Positions 1-8,845 of a stretch of DNA of 32,812 nt are shown here, one piece after another. The DNA is from Chloroflexota bacterium. GTDB taxonomy: Bacteria > Chloroflexota > Anaerolineae > Anaerolineales > DRMV01. Positions within the stretch are counted from its first letter, which is position 1. Every line of letters starts with the position of its first letter. The stretch lies in contig JAADFA010000039.1 of NCBI GenBank assembly GCA_013153135.1, positions 1 through 32,812 of the forward strand, written 5' to 3'. A model generated the notes under the pieces. That model worked only from the letters and a program-made list of their open reading frames with translations. It was not told the origin of the DNA and ran no database searches. Made by a program: the position numbers and the translations under genes.

Positions 1-288
1 TAGATTTTGGGCGAGATGAGTAGATGGATGTTAGAAGTTAGCGATTTGTGGATGGAGGTTAATCCATTCTGTCGACTACCGACTATCGACTGCCGACTGC
101 TTGCTATCCGCTCCCTGCTCTGGGCGCACCGCCGTGCGCCCCTCCCTGCTCTGGGCGCACCGCCGTGCGCCCCTACTACCGACTAACGACTGTCGACTAC
201 CGACTGGGCTGGCTTTATCGCCAACCTCCATCTTCAAACCTCTAACTTCTTCTCGCTCCTCGCTATCCGCTCCCTGCCTCAAGGGGGG
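1..288. repeat. Composite intergenic repeat block (REP/BIME-like) upstream of glmS
   Basis: Read directly. There are CGACTRY heptads x4 at 73-100 and x4 at 180-207. They flank two identical 31-nt units (111-141, 142-172), each with the hairpin GGGCGCAC-CGCC-GTGCGCCC. The outer arms are imperfect inverted copies: GATGGAGGTT at 51-60 against AACCTCCATC at 223-232, and AGAAGTTA at 33-40 against TAACTTCT at 243-250. The same module set recurs at 15849-16173. Confidence 0.8.
111..172. repeat. Perfect tandem duplication of a 31-nt hairpin unit (CTCCCTGCTCTGGGCGCACCGCCGTGCGCCC x2)
   Basis: Positions 111-141 and 142-172 are identical by direct reading. Stems are 122-129/134-141 and 153-160/165-172, each 8 bp with a 4-nt loop. 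On the opposite strand the second copy reads GGTAGTAGGGGCGCACGGCGGTGCGCCC, so a GTAG lies just 5' of the palindrome. Confidence 0.85.
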
Positions 289-297
289 GTGTGCAGT

Positions 298-2142
298 ATG
301 TGCGGCATTGTGGGATACATTGGCCCGCGGGAAGCAGCCCCGATTTTGCTCAATGGCTTGCGACGGCTGGAATACCGTGGCTATGATTCCGCGGGCATCG
401 CGGTGTTCGACGGGCAGCGCATCCAGATCCGCCGCGCGGTGGGCAAATTGCAGGGTTTGATCGACTTGGTCGCGCGTGAGCCGGTCCAGGGGCACGTGGG
501 CATCGGCCATACGCGTTGGGCGACCCACGGCGAACCCAGCGTGCGCAACGCGCATCCGCACCTGAGCCAAAATGGTCAGGTCGTGGTGGTGCATAATGGC
601 ATTGTGGAGAACTTCCTCGCGCTGAAGGAAGAGCTGCTGGCCGAGGGTTTTACCTTCCGCTCGGATACGGATACCGAGGTCATTGTGCACCTGATCGAGC
701 GCTACCTCGCAGGAAAAAACCTGGACATCGTCGAGGCTACCCGTCGCGCGTTGCAGCACCTGCGCGGCTCCAATGCGGTCGTGGTCCTCTCCGCCCAGGA
801 GCCCGATAAGCTCATCGCGGCCCGGTTGGGCAACGCGGGCGGCATCACTGTGGGCTTTGGCCAAGGGGAGATGTTCATCGCGTCGGACCTGCCCGCGATC
901 CTCGAACACACTCGTCAGGTGACCTTTCTGGAGCCTGGGCAGATGGCCGTGGTGACGCCCGAGACCGCTCGGGTTATGCGCTTGGATGGGCAGCCCGTGA
1001 CCTACACCGTCACCACCGTGCCTTGGGACCCCGTGGCCGCGGAAAAGGGCGAATATCGCCACTTTATGCTCAAAGAGATCCACGAGCAGGTTCGGGGCCT
1101 GACCGATACCATCGCGGGCCGGGTGGAGCCCAGCGCGGCGCGGGTACGCTTCCTGCATCTGGATGCCTCGCCCGAGTTCGCGCGGCGTATCCCCAAAATC
1201 TTTATCACCGCGTGCGGCACCGCGTACCATTCAGGCCTGGTGGGCAAGTTCTATTTCGAGCGCCTGGCCCGCATTCCCACCGAGGTAATTATCGCGTCCG
1301 AGTTTCGTTACATGGACCCCATCGTCCCCGAGGGCGCGGTGGTGTTGGCCATCAGCCAGTCGGGCGAGACGGCCGACACCCTCGCCGCGATGGAGGAAGG
1401 TCGACGCAAGGGCGCGACCCTGTGGGCTATCGTGAACGTCATCGGCTCCCAGGCCATGCGCATGGCTGATGGCTATATCTCCATGCAGGTCGGGCCGGAA
1501 ATCAGTGTCGCGTCCACCAAGGCCTACACCGCTACCCTGGCGGACTTGTACATGCTCGCGCTGTACCTGGGCGAACTGCGCGGTACCCTGGATGAGACCC
1601 AACGCCGGCGCTTGATCCAAGATTTGCTCACCCTGCCCGACCTGGTGGGCGAGACCTTGCAGCGCGAAGACGCCTACGCGGCCGTCGCGCGGCGTTTCGT
1701 GCGCGCGCAAAATATGTTCTACCTGGGCCGGGGGATCAACATGCCCACCGCGTACGAAGGCGCGCTCAAGCTCAAGGAGATTTCTTATATTCATGCAGAA
1801 GGCTATCCCGCGGGCGAGATGAAGCACGGTCCCATCGCGCTCCTGGATGAGAATTTCCCTGTGCTGGCCCTAGCGCCACAAGACCCATGGTACGAGAAAA
1901 TGATCAGCCAGGTGGAGCAATCCCGCGCGCGGGGCGCGCCCACCATCGCGCTGGCGACCGATGGCGATGCGCGCGCAGCTCAGCTCGCGGACGAGGTTTT
2001 ATGGATCCCCAAGACGCCGTGGCTGCTCAGCCCCGTGACCGCGGTCATCCCATTGCAGCTTTTCGCGTATCACATCGCGACCGAGCGCGGGCTGGATGTG
2101 GATCAGCCGCGCAACCTGGCCAAGTCGGTCACGGTGGAATAG
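298..2142 (+). CDS. glmS: Glutamine--fructose-6-phosphate aminotransferase (isomerizing)
   Basis: The N-terminus MCGIVGYIG has the Ntn catalytic Cys2. Two SIS domains are present and the C-terminus ends KSVTVE. The ORF track starts at GTG 289, but the enzyme needs Cys right after Met, so ATG 298 is the real start. A G-rich RBS (AAGGGGGGG) lies at 281-289. Confidence 0.95.
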   Translation: MCGIVGYIGPREAAPILLNGLRRLEYRGYDSAGIAVFDGQRIQIRRAVGKLQGLIDLVAREPVQGHVGIGHTRWATHGEPSVRNAHPHLSQNGQVVVVHNGIVENFLALKEELLAEGFTFRSDTDTEVIVHLIERYLAGKNLDIVEATRRALQHLRGSNAVVVLSAQEPDKLIAARLGNAGGITVGFGQGEMFIASDLPAILEHTRQVTFLEPGQMAVVTPETARVMRLDGQPVTYTVTTVPWDPVAAEKGEYRHFMLKEIHEQVRGLTDTIAGRVEPSAARVRFLHLDASPEFARRIPKIFITACGTAYHSGLVGKFYFERLARIPTEVIIASEFRYMDPIVPEGAVVLAISQSGETADTLAAMEEGRRKGATLWAIVNVIGSQAMRMADGYISMQVGPEISVASTKAYTATLADLYMLALYLGELRGTLDETQRRRLIQDLLTLPDLVGETLQREDAYAAVARRFVRAQNMFYLGRGINMPTAYEGALKLKEISYIHAEGYPAGEMKHGPIALLDENFPVLALAPQDPWYEKMISQVEQSRARGAPTIALATDGDARAAQLADEVLWIPKTPWLLSPVTAVIPLQLFAYHIATERGLDVDQPRNLAKSVTVE

Positions 2143-2175
2143 CGGCCGTTCGGCGCGAGAAAGGCGAAGCGATCG

Positions 2176-3972
2176 ATGACCACATCGTCTCCAACGGAAT
2201 TTACGCCCCCGCGTACGTATCGAACGGACCGCCGGAGCCCGGTTCGCTGGTTGTTTTCCCATGCGCGGCGTCATGCCTGGCTTATGTTGCTCATGTTAAT
2301 CGGCGCGCTGGGGAACGCGGCGGGCTTGGGTTTTATTCCGCGCCTGATCGGACGGACGTTCGACCAATTCCTTGCCGCGCTGCCGGAGGCGCCGCGTGCA
2401 CTAAATATCCTGCTCCGGGGCGCGCTCGGGCTGGCTGCGGTTTATTTCATCCGCAGCCTGTTCATGGCTCTGCGCAACATGAGCGCGGAGACCTTGGCCC
2501 AGCGCATCGAGCGCGACGTGCGAGATGAGTTTTATGCCGCACTCCTGGGCAAGAGTATGGCCTTTCACGATAGCGTCTCCGTGGGCGAAGTAATGGCGCG
2601 TGCAACGTCCGACATCCGCGAGATCAACCTGATGTTCAGCCCGGGACTCTCCCTGGTCGTGGGATCGGGTGCATTTTTGCTCGCGCCGCTGCTTTATGCC
2701 GGGCGCTACCATCCGGCCTTGCTGCTCACGCCGGTGCTTTTCGTGGTGGTCTTCAGCATCGTCCTAGCTGTGCTGCTGCGTCAGCTCCTGCCCTTGAGCC
2801 TGGGCGTCCGCCAGGCTTTTGGCCAGTTGAGCAGCCGACTCAACGAAGTATTGGACGGCATCGAGACGGTCAAAGTCCTGGCCCTGGAAGACCGCGAAGC
2901 CGACCGGCTCAAAGTGCAAGTGCGGCGCTATCGGGATTTGGTCGTGCGTCGCGCAGCGGTGGAAGCGCGCTTCTGGCCCCTCTTTCTCTATTCCCTCGCG
3001 ATAGGTCTGGGCACGTTGCACGCGCTGTACCTCTTTTTACAGGGCGCGCTCAGCTTAGGCGACGTGGTGGGCTACGTGGGACTGCTGCAACTGTTCCGCT
3101 TTCCCGCGTTCGTGTCGCAGTTCGCGTATTCCCAAGTCGCATTGGGCCTGGCCAGCGCGCAGCGGCTGCTGCAATACCTCAACCAATCCTCTCGGCTGGA
3201 CCAGAATGTGGGGGGCTATCGAGGTCGGATGCGCGGCGCGGTGCGCTTTGACCACGTGACCTTCGGCTACGACCCCGAGCAGCCCGTGCTGCACGATATT
3301 ACCTTCGAGGTCCAGCCTGGGATGCGCGTCGCGATTGTGGGCCCCATGGGCTCGGGCAAGAGCACCCTGGTCAAGCTCATCCCCCGCATTTATGACGTTG
3401 ACCGCGGCGCGGTGCTGGTGGATGATATCGACGTGCGCGATTGGAACTTGGACGCGCTGCGCTCGCAGATCGCGATGATCGAGCAGGACCTCTTTCTGTT
3501 CTCCAAGACCATCGCGGAAAACATCGCTTTCGGTAAGCCTGATGCCCAGTTTGAGGAAATCGTCGCCGCGGCCAAGCTCGCGCAGATCCACGAAACCATT
3601 GAATCTTTCCCCCAGGGTTACGACACCTTGGTGGGGGAGCGCGGGCTTACACTCTCGGGCGGACAACGTCAGCGTATCGCCCTCGCGCGTGCGTTTCTGG
3701 TCGACCCGCGCATTCTCATCCTGGACGACGCGACCAGCGCGATCGACAGTGAGACCGAAGACCGCATCCAGCGGGCCATCTTTTCGGTCGCGCGCGGACG
3801 TACGACCTTTATTATTACTCATCGGCTCTCCCAAATCCGCTGGGCAGACTGGATCCTCGTCCTGGATAAGGGCTACTTGATCGCGCAAGGACGACACGAG
3901 GACTTGCTCCGCTCGTGTCCGCGCTACCGTCGTTTGTTTGTCCCACCGACGCGGCAGCGGGAAAGAATCTAG
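2176..3972 (+). CDS. ABC transporter, fused permease/ATP-binding protein (MsbA/multidrug exporter type)
   Basis: The N-terminal half is a six-helix-type TMD. Motifs seen are Walker A GPMGSGKST, signature LSGGQRQRIALARA, Walker B ILILDDATSAID and H-loop ITHRL. Confidence 0.9.
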   Translation: MTTSSPTEFTPPRTYRTDRRSPVRWLFSHARRHAWLMLLMLIGALGNAAGLGFIPRLIGRTFDQFLAALPEAPRALNILLRGALGLAAVYFIRSLFMALRNMSAETLAQRIERDVRDEFYAALLGKSMAFHDSVSVGEVMARATSDIREINLMFSPGLSLVVGSGAFLLAPLLYAGRYHPALLLTPVLFVVVFSIVLAVLLRQLLPLSLGVRQAFGQLSSRLNEVLDGIETVKVLALEDREADRLKVQVRRYRDLVVRRAAVEARFWPLFLYSLAIGLGTLHALYLFLQGALSLGDVVGYVGLLQLFRFPAFVSQFAYSQVALGLASAQRLLQYLNQSSRLDQNVGGYRGRMRGAVRFDHVTFGYDPEQPVLHDITFEVQPGMRVAIVGPMGSGKSTLVKLIPRIYDVDRGAVLVDDIDVRDWNLDALRSQIAMIEQDLFLFSKTIAENIAFGKPDAQFEEIVAAAKLAQIHETIESFPQGYDTLVGERGLTLSGGQRQRIALARAFLVDPRILILDDATSAIDSETEDRIQRAIFSVARGRTTFIITHRLSQIRWADWILVLDKGYLIAQGRHEDLLRSCPRYRRLFVPPTRQRERI

Positions 3973-3987
3973 ATTATAACCAACTTC

Positions 3988-4016
3988 TTGACGCCTTTCG
4001 GGGTTCGTGATATTGT
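3988..4016 (+). promoter_or_regulatory. Candidate sigma-70 promoter for the MBL-fold gene (TTGACG-17-TATTGT with TG extension)
   Basis: TTGACG is at 3988-3993, followed by a 17-nt spacer and TATTGT at 4011-4016, with TG at 4008-4009. The -35 element coincides with the TTG that the ORF track used as a start codon. Confidence 0.35.
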
Positions 4017-4065
4017 AAGGACGACCGCAGGCGCGGTCCACCTCGCTACGGGAGCATGGGTGCAT

Positions 4066-4950
4066 ATGTTGCGGGAGCGCCTTTCGGACGCGGTGTATTT
4101 GTTCCAAAGCGAGACGTATGCGCAAGTCAACGCGGGTATTGTGGTTGGCCAGACGGGCGTGCTCGTCATTGATACCTTAGCTCTGCCTGAGGAAACTTTA
4201 GCTATTCGGCGGTTTGTGCGCGAGATGTTCCCCCAGCTCCCGGTGCGGTATGTAGTCAACACCCATTATCACGCGGACCACGCGTGGGGCAATGCGGTCT
4301 TTCCGGATGCGTTCGTGGTGGCGCATCGCCAGACGCGCGAGCGCCTGCGCACGCATGGCCAGGCTTTGTTCGCTCAGGCTCAGCAACGGTATCCCGAGTG
4401 GCGACGCTGGCGGTTGATCTTTCCACACATCACCTTGGACTCTGGGATGTTGCGCCTGAAGCTGGGCCCGCGGCTCCATGTACGTCTGTTCCCCTTGCCC
4501 GGGCACACGCCCGACGGCATCGGCGTGTACGTTGAAGAAGAGCGCATCCTGTTCACGGGCGATGCATTCACCACCATCCCCGCGCTCATGGCTGACGAAA
4601 GCGACTTCGACGCGCTGGTGCATTCGTTGCAGCACATCGCCACCATCCCCATCGAGGTGCTCATCCCTGGCCACGGCGATATCGTCTTCCGCGGGGAGGT
4701 TAAGGACGTTATCCAGGCCAATGTGGATTATCTGCAGTGTTTACGCAAGACTGTGCGTCGCGCGGCTCGACGCAAATATCCCGGGGATGTGTTCGCGACC
4801 TCGTCGGTGGAGGACTGCGGCCTGGATCGGGTGTTGCTCGGCGGCTTGGCCGAGAGCCTACATCAGCGCAATCTTGAGGCCTTGTTGTGGAACTGGTACC
4901 AGCGGGAAGCGCTCCGTTCGGAGGATGAGTTTGAGGATGAATACTTCTAA
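4066..4950 (+). CDS. MBL-fold metallo-hydrolase
   Basis: The HYHADH motif (HxHxDH) is present, with GVLVIDT upstream and later LPGHTPDG and PGHGD metal-ligand motifs. I moved the start to the in-frame ATG at 4066 (GGGAG at 4050-4054) because 3988-4016 looks like a promoter. The original 3988 start cannot be excluded. Confidence 0.8.
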   Translation: MLRERLSDAVYLFQSETYAQVNAGIVVGQTGVLVIDTLALPEETLAIRRFVREMFPQLPVRYVVNTHYHADHAWGNAVFPDAFVVAHRQTRERLRTHGQALFAQAQQRYPEWRRWRLIFPHITLDSGMLRLKLGPRLHVRLFPLPGHTPDGIGVYVEEERILFTGDAFTTIPALMADESDFDALVHSLQHIATIPIEVLIPGHGDIVFRGEVKDVIQANVDYLQCLRKTVRRAARRKYPGDVFATSSVEDCGLDRVLLGGLAESLHQRNLEALLWNWYQREALRSEDEFEDEYF

Positions 4951-4967
4951 CCTGCAAGGAGGATGCA

Positions 4968-5393
4968 ATGGCCTTGCCAACCCGAAAGCCGGTGTTCTGG
5001 ACGCCCGACCCGCGAGCCGGGTACCGGGTTGAGCGACGACCGGATGGTGGTTTGACCGTGACGTTTTGGCGGGTTGATCCCTATACCGTGCGCCATTGGC
5101 GTGCGTTCGCGGAAGCCCATGAGCTCCATTCGGATCGATTGAACCGCAATTTATACGACTTACGCGCGCTTGACGCCCTACCTGAAGAAGCCATCCAATA
5201 CGCGGTGGAGGTCAACAGCGATCCGGCTGCGCGGCGGGTACGGGTCGCGGTGGTGGTAAGCAATGACGCGGTGCGCGAGGCTGTCGAGCGCGTCATCGCG
5301 CTGACGCCGGGGAGCGGGGCCGAGATCCGCATTTTCACCGATATCGACGAGGCCGAAGCATGGCTGGCTCAGCCCCTGGAGGAAATGGCCTGA
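4968..5393 (+). CDS. Hypothetical protein, possibly SpoIIAA-like/STAS-fold
   Basis: A strong RBS AAGGAGG at 4955-4961 precedes the ATG at 4968. The C-terminal pattern RVAVVVSND...IRIFTDIDEAEAWL resembles STAS-like small domains. That family assignment is a guess from memory. Confidence 0.55.
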   Translation: MALPTRKPVFWTPDPRAGYRVERRPDGGLTVTFWRVDPYTVRHWRAFAEAHELHSDRLNRNLYDLRALDALPEEAIQYAVEVNSDPAARRVRVAVVVSNDAVREAVERVIALTPGSGAEIRIFTDIDEAEAWLAQPLEEMA

Positions 5394-5395
5394 AT

Positions 5396-6292
5396 ATGAC
5401 CCGGGCTTGGCGCCTTGCTCCCCCGCGCGCGTCGTTCCCTCGCCGCGGCTGGCTTGGCTTGGTGTTCATCGCCGTATTTTGGCCTATCAATTGGTTCTGG
5501 CCCGGGCTGCGCACGCATTGGGCGTTCTTCCCCTTGTGGCTTGGTTACGCGCTCACGGTCGACGCGTTGGCCTATCGTTGGCGCGGGACGTCATTATACG
5601 CGCGCAACCCGCGCGCGTACGTGGCGTTGTTCTTCATCTCCGCACCCGCGTGGTGGCTGTTCGAGGCCTTTAACGCGCGATTGGGCAATTGGGTGTATGT
5701 CGGCCGCGAATTCTTCTCTGATGCCGAGTACGCGTTTTGGGCTACGTTGAGCTTCTCTACCGTCATGCCCGCGGTCTTCGGCGCGTCGGAATGGCTGACG
5801 GGCGTGTTCGCGGGCTATCCATGGGCCCGCCGCGGGCCCCGGCTCGTCTTGGGGCCGCGCGGGCTGTGGAGCATGTTCGCTTTGGGCTGGCTCGCGTTGG
5901 CCCTGCTCTTGGCTTGGCCGCGTTATTTCTACCCTCTGGTCTGGGCCGCGGTGTACCTCATCCTCGAACCCGTCAACGCGTGGCTGGGGAACCGGACCTT
6001 GCTCGAACACCTGCGCCAGGGTGATTGGCGGCCGGTGGTCGCGCTCACCGTGGGTGTGTGGTTCACCGCGTTCTTCTGGGAAATGTGGAACGTCTTTAGC
6101 TATCCCAAGTGGGTGTATCACGTGCCCTTTGTGCAGTTCTGGCACGTGTTTGAGATGCCCTTGTTAGGTTACCTCGGCTATCCTCCTTTCGCGCTGGAAT
6201 TGTTCGCGTTGTACCACTTTGTCGCAGGGCTCGCAGGCCATGGCCGAACGCGGTACCTCATCGCGGGCCTGCTGCCTGTGGACGAAAGGTAA
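5396..6292 (+). CDS. Polytopic membrane protein of unknown function with internal repeat
   Basis: The protein is Trp/Phe-rich with multiple hydrophobic segments. The motif E-x-[FW]-N-x(5-6)-W-V-Y occurs twice (WWLFEAFNARLGNWVY and FFWEMWNVFSYPKWVY). ATG 5396 lies 2 nt after the TGA of the upstream gene (5391-5393). The ORF-track start at 5360 overlaps that gene and is less likely. Confidence 0.6.
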   Translation: MTRAWRLAPPRASFPRRGWLGLVFIAVFWPINWFWPGLRTHWAFFPLWLGYALTVDALAYRWRGTSLYARNPRAYVALFFISAPAWWLFEAFNARLGNWVYVGREFFSDAEYAFWATLSFSTVMPAVFGASEWLTGVFAGYPWARRGPRLVLGPRGLWSMFALGWLALALLLAWPRYFYPLVWAAVYLILEPVNAWLGNRTLLEHLRQGDWRPVVALTVGVWFTAFFWEMWNVFSYPKWVYHVPFVQFWHVFEMPLLGYLGYPPFALELFALYHFVAGLAGHGRTRYLIAGLLPVDER

Positions 6293-6318
6293 ACTGGCAT
6301 TTCGCCAAGGAGTGCTCC

Positions 6319-7422
6319 ATGGACATCGCTATCCCTCGAGAACGGCGGCCCGGTGATTATCGGGTTGCGTTGACCCCGGTGGCCGTGCGTGAGTTGACCA
6401 CACGCGGCCACCGAGTTTTTGTTGAGCATCTCGCGGGCGAGGGGTCAGGCTTCTCGGACCAAGCCTATCGTGAGGCCGGTGCGCACATTGTATACAGCCA
6501 TGAAGAAGCGTTGCAACGGGGCGAGCTGGTGGTCAAGGTGGCTCGGCCGCTTCAGGAAGAATTGGAGCTGTTCTATGAAGGCCAAGTGGTCATGGCCTTT
6601 TGGCACTTGGCCTCGGCCCATCCGGCCAAGGTTCGCACGCTGATGGCGCACCGGGTGACGGTCTTGGCTTTAGAGACGGTGCAAGACGACGATGGTTACT
6701 TCCCGGTCTTGCATCCCATTGGCAAGCTCGCGGGCCGGTTCGCCCCGCACTTGGCCGGGCACTTGCTGCGCAATGACGCGGGAGGGAAGGGCATCCTGCT
6801 GGGAGGTGTGCCCGGCGTGCCCCCGGCTGAGGTCGTCATTATCGGCGTGGGCTCGGTCGGGACCGAGGCCGCTCTGGCCTTTGCCAACGCGGGTGCCTCG
6901 GTGTACGCGTTGGATATCAACCCGCGCGCGCTCGAACGGGTCGATCGCGATTCCCACGGCCGCGTGGTCACTCTGACCGCGACGCCTGGCAACGTGCGCA
7001 AAGTGCTCACCTTCGCGGATGTGGTCCTCCTAGCTGTCAACCGTCCCGGCTATCGCGCACCCATCGTTATCACTCGGGACGCGCTGCGCACTATGCGGCC
7101 TCGTTCTCTGATTTTGGACTTTGCTATTGACCAGGGCGGCGCGGCCGAGACCAGCCGACCCACAGACCACACCAACCCGACTTACGTGGTCGATGGCGTG
7201 GTGCACTATTGTGTGCCCAATGTGACCGGCGTGCTGGGTCGCACCGCGACCCATGTGATCAGCAACGCACTGTTGCCCTGGGTGCAGGCCATCGCGGAGC
7301 ACGGCCTTGATGCCGCGCTGGCCCAATACCCCGCGCTGCGCCGCGGGTTGCACCTCCGGGATGGGCGCATCGTGCACGAGGCCCTGAAAGCCCGCTACGC
7401 GTCCGAGGGAGGTTCCGCATGA
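6319..7422 (+). CDS. ald: Alanine dehydrogenase (AlaDH/PNT family)
   Basis: The N-terminus IPRERRPGDYRVALTP and the Rossmann motif VVIIGVGSVGTEAA are present, at about 367 aa. An RBS AAGGAG lies upstream of the ATG at 6319. Confidence 0.85.
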   Translation: MDIAIPRERRPGDYRVALTPVAVRELTTRGHRVFVEHLAGEGSGFSDQAYREAGAHIVYSHEEALQRGELVVKVARPLQEELELFYEGQVVMAFWHLASAHPAKVRTLMAHRVTVLALETVQDDDGYFPVLHPIGKLAGRFAPHLAGHLLRNDAGGKGILLGGVPGVPPAEVVIIGVGSVGTEAALAFANAGASVYALDINPRALERVDRDSHGRVVTLTATPGNVRKVLTFADVVLLAVNRPGYRAPIVITRDALRTMRPRSLILDFAIDQGGAAETSRPTDHTNPTYVVDGVVHYCVPNVTGVLGRTATHVISNALLPWVQAIAEHGLDAALAQYPALRRGLHLRDGRIVHEALKARYASEGGSA

Positions 7423-8723
7423 AGTACTGGGAACGTCTGTACCACGAACGCATGACCACCGCGGAGGACGCAGTTCGGGTGATCCAATCCGGGCAGCGGG
7501 TATTTTTGACGGGCAATTGTTCCGTGCCCCAAACCCTGGTGCATGCGTTGGTGCAGCGGGCGCGCGCGGGCGAGATCGAGGACGTGGAGCTGGTGCAGGT
7601 GCTCACCGTGGGTGACGCGGAGTACGTGAGCCCGGACCTGGAAGGACGCATCCGGGTCAATACGCTGTTCATCAGCGCGAACGTGCGCCAGGCTGTGCAC
7701 GAGGGCCGCGCGGACTTCACGCCTATCTTCCTGAGCGAAATCCCGGCGCTCTTTCGCAGTGGCGAGCTCCCGCTGGACGTGGCCTTGATCCACGTGTCGC
7801 CGCCTGATGAGCACGGGTTCTGCTCGTTCGGCGTTGAGGTCGGCATTACCAAGCCCGCGGCCGAATCCGCGCGCATTGTCATTGCGGAAGTCAACGACCG
7901 CATGCCGCGCACCCTGGGCGATTCCTTCATTCACGTCTCCAAGATCGACTACTTCGTGCCCGTCTCTTACCCCTTGCCCGAGTTGCCCCAGGGTCAGCCT
8001 GGCGAGGTGCAAAAACGCATCGCGGAGCACATCGCAGACCTCATCCCCGATGGCGCGACGTTGCAGCTGGGTATCGGCGGCATCCCGGACGCGGTCTTGC
8101 TGTACCTGGAAGACAAGCGCGACCTGGGCATTCATACCGAGCTCTTTTCCGATGGCGTGGTCACGTTGGTCGAGAAAGGCGTCATCACCAACGAGCGCAA
8201 GACCCTGCACCGGGGCAAAATCATCGCGGGCTTCGTGCTTGGCTCCCAGAAACTCTACGACTTTGTGGATAACAACGCGATGGTGGAGTTTCATCCCACG
8301 GACTACGTCAATGACCCCTTCGTCATTGCGCAGAATGACAATATGGTGGCCATCAATTCGGCCATTGAGGTGGACCTGACGGGGCAGGTGTGCGCGGATT
8401 CCATCGGCCACCGTTTTTACAGCGGTGTGGGTGGTCAGGTAGATTTCATCCGGGGTGCGGCGCGCAGTAAAGGCGGCAAGCCCATTATCGCGCTGCCCTC
8501 CACGGCCAAAGGGGGCACCATTTCCCGCATTGTCGCGACTCTCAAGCCAGGTGCGGGTGTGACTACCACGCGTAACGACGTGCACTATGTGGTGACCGAG
8601 TACGGCGTCGCGTACCTGCATGGCAAAACCATCCGGCAGCGGGTTCAAGCGTTGATCAACATCGCGCATCCGGATTTTCGTGCGGATTTGCGGCGCGAGG
8701 CCAGGCGGTTGGGTTATTTGTGA
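7419..8723 (+). CDS. Acetyl-CoA hydrolase/transferase family protein (4-hydroxybutyrate CoA-transferase-like)
   Basis: Motifs IHTELFSDG, EVDLTGQV and SGVGGQVDF are typical of this family. The start overlaps the ald stop as ATGA at 7419-7422, which indicates translational coupling. Confidence 0.85.
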   Translation: MKYWERLYHERMTTAEDAVRVIQSGQRVFLTGNCSVPQTLVHALVQRARAGEIEDVELVQVLTVGDAEYVSPDLEGRIRVNTLFISANVRQAVHEGRADFTPIFLSEIPALFRSGELPLDVALIHVSPPDEHGFCSFGVEVGITKPAAESARIVIAEVNDRMPRTLGDSFIHVSKIDYFVPVSYPLPELPQGQPGEVQKRIAEHIADLIPDGATLQLGIGGIPDAVLLYLEDKRDLGIHTELFSDGVVTLVEKGVITNERKTLHRGKIIAGFVLGSQKLYDFVDNNAMVEFHPTDYVNDPFVIAQNDNMVAINSAIEVDLTGQVCADSIGHRFYSGVGGQVDFIRGAARSKGGKPIIALPSTAKGGTISRIVATLKPGAGVTTTRNDVHYVVTEYGVAYLHGKTIRQRVQALINIAHPDFRADLRREARRLGYL

Positions 8724-8770
8724 GGTCGCGGCCTTGAGCTCGAGCTGCAGGTAATCACGGGCGAAAGGAA

Positions 8771-8800
8771 CGGGACGGGGCCCCATCGGGCCCCGTCCCG
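8771..8800. terminator. Bidirectional intrinsic terminator hairpin between convergent genes
   Basis: A 13-bp perfect stem pairs CGGGACGGGGCCC (8771-8783) with GGGCCCCGTCCCG (8788-8800) around the loop CATC. T-containing tails follow on both strands (TTCTGTGG and TTCCTTTC). Confidence 0.7.
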
Positions 8801-8845
8801 TTCTGTGGAAGGGAAGGTCGGTGGTGAGGGAGGGAGGGGTATGCC

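Noticed and set aside
1-297. A glmS ribozyme upstream of glmS.
   Set aside because: - I could not find the conserved core segments I remember for the ribozyme.
- The region is explained by the repeat block.
- A cmsearch with Rfam RF00234 would settle it.
101-460. ORFs 101-460 (+) and 15772-16062 (-) give similar peptides (…LLWAH.RAPLLPT.DCRL…), which might suggest a small paralogous gene family.
   Set aside because: - The similarity comes from translating the shared intergenic repeat family (hairpin plus heptads).
- ORF 101-460 also runs into glmS out of frame.
- Neither ORF has an RBS, and both are low-complexity.
76-1230. The 384-aa ORF antisense to glmS, and similar long antisense ORFs at 3055-4125, 7395-8786, 17520-18806, 21629-22435, 22212-23015 and 23233-24027.
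   Set aside because: - Each lies opposite a gene with clear family motifs.
- The translations are Arg/Gly/Pro/Ala-rich with no motifs or RBS.
- This is typical of shadow ORFs in high-GC DNA.
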